NCBI RefSeq assembly: GCF_964204865.1
Contig: NC_135259.1
Span: 11,594,001 to 11,658,000 of the forward strand
Length of the DNA: 64,000 nt
DNA from: Styela clava
Taxonomy: Eukaryota
Direction: 5' to 3'
In this document: positions 1 through 12,180 of the stretch, one piece after another
Layout: each line of letters begins with the position of its first letter
How positions within the stretch are numbered: position 1 is the stretch's first letter
Program-made: the position numbers and the translations under genes
Notes under the pieces: model-generated
Told to the model about the DNA's origin: nothing
Database searches by the model: none
What the model saw: the letters and a program-made list of their open reading frames with translations, nothing else

Positions 1-443
1 ATCATACTCGATCGAAAGCTACGTTTTGAATTGAAATCTTAATAACTTTTGTGTAAGGTTCAGTTTATGAATATTTAGAAGGCCATGTTCCATTTTTCTT
101 ATCAATAGATCATGGAAATAAAAATCAGAAGTTCTTATAGTACAGGAAGTTTTATTGTTCTTTAATGCTAGAATTCTGTAGCCAATGAAAATATTATCTG
201 GCTTCAGGTAATTCAAAATACCTGGTTCAACGTTGACGAAAGTTAATGCTCAAAATGTGAGCATAATTAAAATATATTTTCACTTGGCTTTTGTTTTGAA
301 AAAGCTCAATCATTGAACTTTGAATCATACCATTCGAGCCGTTTATATGGAGCTAGAGTAGTTCAGAGGTATACGATTTGCTCACGTCCATTTCTGGTTT
401 TTGTTCATACCCGTTTAACTTTAACAGATTAATTGTTTTGTAG

Positions 444-1632
444 GTTAAACGAGAACCTGAAGGCTCAACAGTTCGATACACTAAATGGATTAATGAGATT
501 TCCCAGGAACAACTTTATACACAAATTTATACATCAAATGGACCATCAGTTGTTATGCCAACATGGTTTTGTCACAGAAATGTTTATGATAAAGTTGGTG
601 GTTTCAATGAGGGAGGAAAAGGAGTACCAGAGGATTACTTGTTCTTCTTGGAACATTTGAAATTGGGAGGAAAGATACTTAGAGTGGATAGAGTTTTACT
701 TATGTACAGGTTGGCTCACAAAGTTTTCAATATTCTCCATAGTTGGATACCTAGTATTGCTTAGGTCATTGCTATTGAGTGATCCACTAATTTGTTGGTT
801 AATGATTTTGCATAAGATGACTTGTACTCAACTAACTGCCACAGAGAATTAGCTCAGTCCTTCAACTCGAGGTTTGTGTACTTATACCTGACACTCGTCA
901 TAACCATCTCTCGATCGCAAGTTATAAACCATATGCGGATATTTATTTGTGATGAGATGAATTTTTTGCCTTGCAAGCGCTCGCTAGTTGCAGTATCACC
1001 CACTACCCAGGATCAGAAATATTCAAAGTATTTATTTCCCCATCAGACCGGATTATGGATGAAGTGTTATAAATCATATGATTAAGTTGAGACTCCAAAT
1101 CCATATTTGCTTATATAAGACCTTTGCTGGGCTATTATTATGTTTGCTTGAAATAGAAATACTCAATATAAGTTTTATTGTTTTCCAGTAATATTTATCA
1201 AAAGCTCTATACTGTCATTGGTAACTTTTTTCTAGACACCATCCAGATGCTACTACTGCATCTGTGTCAGAAAATACAATTTGGAAGATTCGAATTGAGG
1301 TAATTCAAGAAAGAGTATTGAAAGACTGGAAGCAATTTACAATTTGGAATGCTGGGAAGCAAGGACGTAAATTTTATCGGGACTTGACTGATGAAAATCG
1401 AGAAAAAGTTTCAGCATTTTGTGATGTTGATACAAAAAAGATAGACAAGGGAGTTTATATTTTCGAAAATTCCCCTTTGAAAGTGAAACCCAGAGTACCT
1501 ATTTTACATTTTTCTAAAGCGGTAAAACCGTTCGTTATCTGTATGAAATTGGATTTGACAGGTGGTGAATTTGAGAAAAACTTAAATTCTTTGAATCTTG
1601 TGGAAGGCGTGGATTATTTTCATTTCAACTGA
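444..1632 (+). CDS. B3GNTL1: Queuosine-tRNA galactosyltransferase (B3GNTL1/QTGAL), 3' two exons: 444-709, 1236-1632; 5' part not identified in window
   Basis: Spliced frame reads [17 protein letters not shown]...[16 protein letters not shown]...[12 protein letters not shown]...YR|HHPDATT...[14 protein letters not shown]...AFCDVD...[33 protein letters not shown]. This matches the recalled C-terminal half of human B3GNTL1. GT/AG sites are phase-compatible; AATAAA at 1918-1923. Confidence 0.93.
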
Positions 1633-2030
1633 ATCTTTGGAAGTTTTGCTAACGTAGTACATTTATTTTCAGTGGCAATACTTTTTTTTATATTTTTGAG
1701 ATACTCATTTTAACAGTTTTATGGTGCATTACTTAACAATTTTAAATCGAGAGTTAACATGAGTTATTGGGTATAATCTCCTTATTACATATTTTATAAA
1801 TGTTTATGTGAGCACTTGTTGCTGGCATGGTCCTGTGTTCCGGCAAACAGCATCTTCATGACCTATCAAATGTAATTACTATAAGACCATAATGGTTTGT
1901 TTACTTTATGCAAAGCAAATAAATGTACGGGCATGAAGTGTCTTAAAGTATATCATCTAATTCTATCGTACTCACACCACAGTTATTTTATTGTAAATAA
2001 GTTAACTAAATAGAGAGGATACTTACATCA

Positions 2031-3281
2031 ATGCAATCAGCAATTTCTTTCAGCATTTTTCAAGATATCCAAAGACAAAAACATGACACATATATCATCC
2101 ATTTCAAGATGTAAGTGGGTAGTAATTTTTATTGGTCTTGCCTTGCAGGTTGTCGTTTACGACTTTGTAGACGTTCTTCCAGTCTTACAACCACAAACTA
2201 TGCAGCTCTCTAGCCAAGTTTATTAGCTTTTGTGAAAGCATTCAACAAAATATATAGACGCATGAAATCCAAATTGGGCTAATTCCATTTTTCTAGTTTT
2301 GAGAAAAACGCAAAAAACGTTTTTTATTTCTCTAATACCTTACATCGAGGATGTCTAGTTTTTATGGTCCACCTAAGTTAGATGGTATAAAAAAATTTGT
2401 GCTCCGCCCCAATTTTTTTTGGACTTGACCCTTTTTGGCTCTCAATTTTATTGGACTTAGGGTCCCTTTATTATGTTATTATAGAGGCTGGTATGGACTT
2501 AGCGCTTTGTATTATATTTTTTCAGAGGAGCTATGTCCAAAAAAAGGACTTAGCCCCAACTTACAATGCAGTTATCCAGAGCTAAGTCCACTATAGTAGA
2601 CACAGCTCTGTTTAGTTCTCAAATGCCCTAAAAAAAGCAGGGTTATGTCCATAGCTGTCTTGAGACCTAGAGATAAGGCAAATAGACCAAAATGTAGAGC
2701 TAAGTCCAGGAAAATCAGCAATTGAAAAATGTCATTTTTTGGAAAAGTGGACTGTTTGGTTTTGAGGTGTCGATATGTTCGAGCGATGGGGTTCAGCATT
2801 GCTCGTTATCCCTCAAACAGGGACATAGGTTTCTTAATCTTTTGCAGCCCAACAAGTGGTTCAATCATTTTTCTGCTCAATAAATTGCCTGTTACGAATA
2901 TGTATATTATGTGGATCATTTTTATTTTCATATTTCAGAATTTGTCAGCCGGCCGATATCAAACTTGATGAAAAACAAGCAGAAATTGAGATCTATAAAT
3001 CCATGTCAACATTGCATGGGCAGGTTAGTAGCCTTAATAAGCCTAACGTGGTCATCCTTGTTTTTAGCACAGACTCCCATAAAGTGAAACAAATTTTTTT
3101 GCTTTAGGCTGGGGTTGCATTCAGTCGAGAGATGGTGGAATACAATGAGACAGAAATGACTGGTTCAATTGAGATTTCAACAAAGGCGGTTTCAAGATTA
3201 TGGGGTGCTCTCACATTGAAGAGTAGTGTAGAAGGCGGCAGATGTGCTATACGAGTCCTCAACATAGTACCTCATGTATAA
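2031..3281 (+). CDS. RPP14: Ribonuclease P/MRP subunit p14 homologue (Rpp14/Pop5 family), 3 exons: 2031-2110, 2939-3023, 3108-3281 (112 aa)
   Basis: Canonical GT-AG introns with matching phases (2, 0) give MQSAISFSIFQDIQRQKHDTYIIHFKIICQPADIKLDEKQAEIEIYKSMSTLHGQAGVAFSREMVEYNETEMTGSIEISTKAVSRLWGALTLKSSVEGGRCAIRVLNIVPHV*. The segments LHGQAG, RLWGALTL and RCAIRVL parallel human RPP14 LFGEVD, KLWSSLTL and KCAFRVI. AATAAA at 3360-3365. The start codon is the least certain part. Confidence 0.85.
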
Positions 3282-3564
3282 CAAACACTGCCGTAACCAC
3301 AGTATAATAGCAGGAAGAACAATGCCACAATGAAAAATTATGTGGTTGATTGTATTTGGAATAAAAAGACCATGATGTATACTGAACTTATTTGCAATAT
3401 AGTATTGGAAAGAAATATGATGTTGATTAGGCTAATTGCATAGGACGATATATTCGCACATGGAATAGATATCACATGTGATGTCCAAGAATGTTAGTTT
3501 CAATGATTAATCATCTGCTTCTAATAAATTTTATAATGTTGATAATTATCTCAATTCATTTCAT

Positions 3565-6500
3565 CTACTTCGGGACGCGAGTTGTCTTCATCAGTGGTTG
3601 GTTGAAAAGAAATTTTTCAAACATCGTATATGCGTAACTCGGTGCCCATTGAGGAACCATATGTCCAGAACCCTAGAAAAGGTTTGTAAGGAATGAATAT
3701 CACATAATCAGAAAGCCTGGTTATGTTGTTAGCTTACAGATATTTATTGATATCTGCGACAAATGCACACTAGTGTGAATTAAAATTCCATAAAAACTAC
3801 AAATTCATTTTATTGATGGCTCCTGATTAGATGAATAGAAGATAATAATGCTTGCAATATTTACCTTAGATGAGTAAAGCCAAATGAAAATCCATATGCA
3901 AGACGTAGGGAGATTTTTTATAATAAAGAATACAATATAGAAAGGTTTTAAACCTATGAACTATGCATATACTTTTCTTTAAACCAGACTTGATATCAAA
4001 TTTGGTACTCACTCTGATAGTAGTGTAGGTAAGTTGCTTGAATGCTCGAGTAAATCCGGCTACTTGTCCATCAACATACCATGGTACACGATCATGCACT
4101 GGTGGAAGTCCGAGAGAGTCCACGAACCACTCGTCTCCCAGGAAATTACAAGCCATATCAGTGTCTCCGTTGTACACTAGGCCACGTAGTCCAGGAACTG
4201 CCATAAGTTTCTTATATTGTGCCATCATGTCAGAGAATTCGCGTTTGTACTGAGATCCCACATCCTCACTAAAAACAAGGAGTTGAAATCATAATATGTG
4301 CTTCATTGCACTGGGATGTGGGATTGAAGGAATCAGATACATGGGTATGTTCAGCACAGTCCATGCACTGAAACAACTGATTAGCTATTCCGATACCAAA
4401 CATGGACTGGTACAAAAGGTGGTGGTTCGACATATGAAGGAGCAAAATTGATCAGACATGATAAATGGCTGATACTAGATTGGTGACAGCCTGGGAATAA
4501 CAATTTATTGGTTTTCAAGTCCACTAAGAAAGAAAGCATTTGGTTGTTTATGAAGCTTTCTACATTTGTAGAGAACTATTACTTGATATCATTTTTAAAA
4601 TGTGTCAATTATTTTTCAATGCAAATTTAATTTAATATGTCTTTTTTACCTTGCACCAAATGTTCTTGAGGCTATAATGTTTACTTGTTTGTGGGCGAGT
4701 AATTGAGTGAACAGTTAGCATTCTGGAGATATATAACATCATTTAATCAGAGCTTCGCCTATGAAATGAACAGGGAATCTATATCCTGATTTTATCAAAG
4801 GCCACGCTCCTATACACGCACGCACTTAAACAACAAAAGAAAAAAAAACATCATTGAATTGTTATTGAATATACCCATGCAGGTACATACAAGTAATAAG
4901 GTAACACAGCTACGATATTGATGAAATATTAGACTCTGTGGTCAACACTATTTTGTACACTTGTACTTGCAAATATCCCATTTGGGAAGATGGCTTGGTA
5001 TGTGAAGAGCTTTTCGGACATCCGGTTTATTCAGATAATTCTTTTGTGCAGTAGAATTTATGCATGGAGGAGTTTCACGAAGAAGTGAATTGGCATATGG
5101 CATCTGCAAGATAAAGTGAGGTGTTTGTAGAGATGCTGAATCAAGATTACTGGATTAAATTATCACGATTCAGAGCAGGAGCCTTGGAATTTTGGAGGAG
5201 CCAGAGCTACCAAAAATATTAGTGGCTCCAGCTCCTAACGATATAATTATTTCTCCACATTTACAATTTTGTAATACTTCAAACAAATACTAAACTCTAT
5301 TCCTTTGATATTTCAATTTTTTATATTTGATTATTTATATAAATTTTTAGATTTGAAGTTAAATTTATACATCAATAACATCCAAAAAGTAATTTGGGCT
5401 AATGTTTCAGGGTGTGGTCATGCTAATAGGCTAAAAAATTAATTAAGCTCTAGAGCTGGAGCCTTCAGACGCAGATCCTATCATTCAAAAAGCACTACCT
5501 CAGTTTACCTTTGTTGAGAGCAGCTTCTTACGAAATCCTGCATCAAGATTTCGAAACAAATTTGCCATTGTAAATTTATATGTTTTCTGTCTCTGACTAC
5601 CGCCATCACAATCCATGTATAAAGCATATGTATTCAATCCACTGCTGTAGACTATTTCCATGACATTTTGTACCTGTGAGAAACAACAACAATTATGCAT
5701 TTAAGCAAGCTCAGTTCTTATCAAAATTCATGCACATAGCACACCAAGACAGAAATAGCCTAGCACAGTGGTTCCCAACCTTTTATGGGTATTCATAGTA
5801 TTATTTTGATTGGTATATTCCAAATCCCATTATAATCAAACAATGAATGCACAAGTGAAAAACACACCCTGTGAAATAACCTCATCAGATAACGAAACTA
5901 AGGCGAACTGGGGATTTCCTTGTAAAACGAGCAAGGGCAAGATGTGTTTAAGCATCATTAAATCTTTTTACATTCCAGAATATTTTGTTCCTAAATTAAA
6001 CAAACAATGTAATGGGATGCATTAGGTACTTACATAATCTCCACAAGCAGAATTTCTTGGCTCATGAAACGAGCAGTTATCTCTGGTAAATCCACCTACA
6101 CAACATGTACTAAGAAGTTTATTCCACAATCTGAAAAAATAACAAAATACAATGCAACCTAGGATTGAAAAATATAAATATTCTTTTTTGAAATATTTTT
6201 GGCGAAGGTCGTTTTGTTTTTCAAATACCTCAGTTTTGAACTTTTGATATAGGAAGAGGAAAGTCTATAGGACGGCTTACCATATGGCGAACTACGGCCT
6301 CTCGTCCAGTTACCATTCCATGTCGGGTGCGGGATCAGTTAGATATTTGTTTTTAGAAGCATGAACTTGGTGGTGGAGGAAGCCGTGACCGTCCGGTGGT
6401 TACGTGAACCCTACTGCGGCGAGGAGTCCAGCAATCCTCTCGTTCATAACTATCCCCGCAGGGTAATCAGAGGTGTGGTGGCAAACGTATTCCTAGCGCT

Positions 6501-9500
6501 AAGTGCAATGAGCCACACCACCGTGCAGTTCATCGTGATCCACAGTTCCATGTGATCTAAGCTCATTGGCTTTTCATCTCCCCACAGTACATAATGAAAT
6601 TATCTAATGTTCTCAAAATTGATATAACATGACTTGGCTATTTTCATGTACAGTATGTTTCTTTCATTATAACAATATCATTCTTGTCACCATAGATGAT
6701 TATAATTTAAATACGTACACATCTCCAAGAAGTCCATGATAATATGCAAAATATACCAGTGATTCGTCATTCAACTTCATACTACTCAAGCCATTACCAA
6801 CAGCAAAGCCCTGAACAAAATTATTTTTTTTCAATGTAAAACTATAAGCAAGCTCAAATGCTGTTAAATATAAATAATAGCAACGACCATGATCATACCC
6901 ATCGCCCTATCAATGCAGAATTGGATATCTATAACATGTTAGGTACTCCTTCTAAAATGCATTATACTTTATAGAAATTTATACAAACGTAGTTTGCCGT
7001 TGGTTGAATACTGTTTATTAGAATCTATAAACATCAGATTGAGAACATTCCCATTTTGGCAATTTGAGAATAAAAGAATACTAAGAAAGGTGAAAAACAT
7101 CTCTAGAACATACTTGTAATAATGACTTAATGTTCTGAATTTTTCACCAAAGCTATGTTTTTTTTTTCTGTTTTAGATTGAAATGAATAGTGAAACAAAC
7201 ATAACAATGAAATAAATGTGCCCTAAGGCCAGCATTACTCAATTCAAGAATTTTATACTCCAATCACATTATGTTCGCTTGAAACCAGTATATTAAATAT
7301 ATACTGGAAAAACAGTACTGGACATAAATAAAATCACCTTACTTGTGTACAAGTGCAATAATGCCGCTAGCAGTGATAAACAACACTGTTATAATATACA
7401 GTAAGCAAAAAACAAGCTGTTTCATTATCTATTTGAGCTGATAAACCAAAATTGTTATTACAGTAATCTGCAATTTTGTGGTTACAACATATCATGTGAC
7501 TCAAAAGTGTTAGATGAATCATGTGATGTACAATGATAACAAATCAATACTTTCTGAATGCATGACATATTGATATGCCGCTAACATTTGAAATGACTAT
7601 TACATCAACATTGTAAGGATCATATATTTTACAATCACATTGGGAATTTTGAACATATTTGAAATGGTTAGCTAAAGTAAATAAATCTTAAAACTTCCAA
7701 GAGGTAATACTTACTTTCAAGTTAAGTTTTTTGTCATCAGCAATTTGTTCAGTCAAAGTAGGAACATAAACACCTCCATAACTTTCTCCAGTTACGTAGA
7801 ATTCATTTTTCAAATATTCAGGAAACTTTTTAAAAAAATCCAGCAATGCAGCATAGTTATGCGATGCTACCTAAAAAGAATTTGAAAAGAGTTTAGTTTA
7901 ATAACATTTTTGGCATAACGAGTTCCCTAGGGATATTACATAGCACGCGTGCCACGACAACGAATGAAAACTATTTAGTAATGAGTTTGAAACTTCCGGA
8001 AAATAGGAGAAATATTACAGCTGGAGCCACATACCGATATGTATGGTTGAAGTATTTGTACTGATGGTATTCAACTGGACCCTAGAATATAATATGATAA
8101 ACATCAAAATACTTTTGAATTTATAAAACTGAAGGCTTTATACAGAGGCATTTATGATTGAGATCCATTAAATTTATTGATATGGTATATAGACAACAAA
8201 GCGAACAACCTAGAAACAAGTCCAAAATCCGTTTTGAGTCGTATTGTAGAGCCAATTAAATATCGCTAAACTATTATAAGGTGTTTAAAATAACAAGAGC
8301 ATGACAATGTTTTGAATTCACTAAAATAACTACAGCTTTTACTTTTGATTTCATACTTCTTTAAAATATCATAAATACCAAGAGCAAGTACTGGTTAAGG
8401 AGGTGATTTCGGCTTACTGCAATGTCATCCATGAACAAACATTCATTCCATCAAGTTGATGAATAACGAGGTGTATAATTTTATGAAAAGATCCATGGAT
8501 GATTTCTGAACGACTGAGCTTTGATTAAAAGTGCAGTACCTCTGAATCTCCAGTCTTGACATTGTTGTTATCATCATAAGAGTATCCGACACCAGCTGGT
8601 GATTCAAGGAAAATTACATTTGCAAGTTTGTTCCAACTGTACGGGTTCATGTATAGAGAATTGCCATCATTATGTACCTATGATAACAATATTGTTTTAA
8701 TAAAGTAAATAATATAAAAGACAATTAAAGAATATATATAAATAATAGATATGATTGAACATATTTTGAACAATATAAATAAATCCATTTTGAAAGTCAA
8801 TCCATTTCAGTACTGTACCTATTCCCATTCATTGAAAGTGAAAAGCATATATATATATATAGTTGTAATTTATACCCTTCACGTAATCACTCTTTGCGTG
8901 TTTAAGTGAAATTTTACAAAGCAAGAAAATTATCATTTTGTGTTGTGGCTATATTGTTGCATTTATATCCCAAGACTTCAAAATCTAGATTTCAAACAAA
9001 GATGGCAGGGAAACTGTCAAATAATTTAAATATTATTAATACAAAATATATCTTCAATAAAAATATCACACATGAATAGGTCCATTTTCTGACAGCAATC
9101 CATCGAGTGAACTACATCCTGGTCCTCCATTCAACCATAACACAACAGGATCAGAAGCTGAATTGCGTTGTGACTCCACAAACCTAATAAAAAAGATGAA
9201 ATAACACATTCACTGGTACCACTATAGCCACTATGAGGTCTACCTCTGTAATTTGTTACCGAAACGCAGCAGTTTGGATTGTTTTCTAGAATGGTTTGTT
9301 CATCGGTGATACATGACAGTGAACACAAAATGGTCCCAAAAATAATATTAGAGATAAGTTTGTCTTCTGTTATTTCAGTAGTTCTCTTCATACCCTTATC
9401 GTAAGCATGGGGGGCCCCCACTGCCGCTATGTTTAAAATTACTATTTTTATACATATCATGGTTGGCAAATGAAAATAGAGCTAAGATGAATCAATCCAG

Positions 9501-10070
9501 AATACTTTAATAAGAAATCTTGGTAAATACAGAATAACTATTTTATCTGGATATCTCCAATACTGATATACAACTAAACATAGGTCACGAAGGTTTTCAA
9601 CTCAAAATGATAAGAAATCTAACAAGGTCATAATCAATTATGCTCATAGTTCTTCAAGTCCCATTGGGAAAAAGCATTTTACAATATATCATATGGTCCA
9701 AAATCTGTTATAATAATGTGGGATTTTATTTTGAGTAATAATTTCATTCAATTTCGAAGTATACAGCTGATAACTGAGACTTGAAAATTGAAAAACACTA
9801 AAATATCAATCAACAAAATCCACTTCAATTCAAGCGGGCAAAAAATTGCACTCAATTAAATATTCCCGATAAAAATCAATAGAAATTTCTTTACCAATAA
9901 TGAAGATGCTTAGTTCCAGAAGCTTGCAAATATCCAGAATATTGTTTGAATTTTGGAAGAGTTGACAAACCAGGTAATTCCGTGATCAAATCTTCTTGAG
10001 GAGCTGCGTTTGTACAAGCAACCGTAAAACAAAAAATTCCAAACAAAGCCAAAGTATACCCACCCATCAT
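3565..10070 (-). CDS. CTSA: Cathepsin A / lysosomal protective protein (S10 serine carboxypeptidase), 10 exons: 9895-10070, 9072-9183, 8540-8677, 7715-7870, 6719-6810, 6034-6130, 5509-5673, 4967-5103, 4013-4268, 3565-3672 (478 aa)
   Basis: Signal peptide followed by [29 protein letters not shown], catalytic [30 protein letters not shown] and GSGHMVP. All introns are GT-AG and phase-consistent. Confidence 0.96.
6251..6525 (-). mobile_element. tRNA-derived SINE, second copy with B box deleted, in a CTSA intron
   Basis: Reverse complement aligns with the 15283-15600 copy (GGTGTGGCTCAT..., GGTCACGGCTTCCTCCACCA, CCCGACATGGA) and lacks the GGTTCGAATCC segment. Confidence 0.8.
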
Positions 10071-12180
10071 TAGTTTAATATTTATTAAACAGAATAAACT
10101 TAAATATAAACTACAACAAGACAATGCATAAAAAATTATGAACATATGTGTTTTATTCATTACACATTCAGATGACTACAGTTGAGAGTGCTGACAAAAA
10201 ATTGACATTTATTTCAGAGTTTCTCGTGGAGAAATCAGAAATAAGTTGACAGAATTCAGTCAGAGAAGCATAATACCAATAAATGACAATTAAATCAAGC
10301 TTGTATTTAGTTTCAAAAAAAGTTTAGGATTTTCAGAAAACTTTTTGAAAATACAGATGAATAGATTTATCAAATTTTGAGGAATTTTCTTATTTTATAC
10401 TAACTTGTTAAAATAAAATCTGACATATTACCTATTCAAGATTAAGTATCGCCCAATGTCATCAAAATATACCTATTTGCTCATTTCCTATTTTTTTCTC
10501 ACGATATTGTTCTTTTTCAAAAAGATTTGAAAAAAAAAGTGAAAAAGCATATCGTTTCGGCTCTCATAATGAATGGCAAAAAAGTTACATAAAAGAGATA
10601 GAAAATCTTTTATTATATATGTGTAAATAAAAAAGATATTGCAGACAAAATTACCATAATTGCTCTCCTTTATAATAAGTGGTATATAAAACAAAACTAA
10701 TTGAAGTGAGTATTATATTAAATAAAAGATGGCCACAAGCCACAGCAAAGAATATTTCAGAATTCTAGTCCCAATCAATTTCATATTCAGTACTTTAATA
10801 TTATCTATCTTCACCTACGGTAAACAAAACATATTATTAAACAAACTTTTTTTTCACTTTTGATACAATTATTGAATGTACTGAGTATCTTTCCCTTTGA
10901 AATAAGTATGATTACATTTTGTTCCAAATTTAGAATTTAACTTTTCAATTTGAAAATCAATAATGGGCCTACTTATTGTACCGACGCTATTGATAAAACT
11001 ACCTACGATCCATTAGCACCAGTAGGCTATATATTTATCAAAAAACCTTACTAAGAAGAAATAAAAAGTAGAATGATAAATATGAAAAAACTTGTTGCAC
11101 GTTACAAATCTAGCTAATCTACATAGAAAGAATCCTCAGTTTTACATTTTGCATCATAATTTATTTAGCTCATGAATATTTTAAATTTAAATTGGTTTAA
11201 CATTGAATGTGTTTTCACTCAAATAATGCTCTTTTAGATTAATTAAAAGTTTTGAATACATGTAGAACTTTCGATAAAATCAGATAACCTTACTCGAACA
11301 AGTTGAAATTAAGCAAGATAAAAATATTCCAAATACCGTAATTTTAATATATTTTTCAAGTTTTTTTAAACACATAGAAAAAGCCAATTTGAAATCACAT
11401 TGTAAAATTATGTCAATAAACCGAACCAATATTGATATGGAGTTTTCACAAAGATTTAAAGCATATGATGTCATTCTTGCTTATAGAGCACAAACATTCA
11501 CCATACGAGAAAAAAATGTATGGCTATGCCTGTATAGAAATAAACGTAAGTATTCATATGAAGTATTGCGCTTAGAACAATAAATTTGCCACCTGCACAA
11601 ACTTAGGAAAGTGTTAGTAATACAAAGACAATAAATAGCTGAATATAAAATAAAATGCTTGTTAGCATTATCATATTGAACTAACATAGTTTGTTCCACA
11701 TTTTAATAAATCATTTCTGAAATTCTGTTATACACTACAATTAAATAAGTACTGGTGCGGTGACATTACATGCGTTTATAGCCAACAAATAATAGCTTTT
11801 ACATATCGCAGCAAACAACCAAACATTTATACACAGTTGTTATTGTCAGAAAAGAAATTCATGATCATATGTACTTGATTTCATTGACATACTTACATCG
11901 ATCAAAAAGATAAAAGATGTAAAACAATATGACATAAATCTGATTATAAATTACAACAGTAAAACATATTCACTTGTTGAATAAACAGGGATGTAAGGAA
12001 ATCATTATCTGAATGGGGTTTTGAAAATATCTGTAAATGTTGCTTATTGTAAAAATAATTGACTGCCTAAGAGGCGGTAAAATTATGGTTGGTATCAAAA
12101 TCTTAAAGATCGACCATATCTAAACATAACACATTGACACAAACTTTACAACAACATAACAAATGTAAACAATTGTTTCA

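Noticed and set aside
19-216. Minus-strand ORF with kinase-like LKPDNIFI
   Set aside because: No HRD or DFG context; lies antisense to the QTGAL locus; probably chance.
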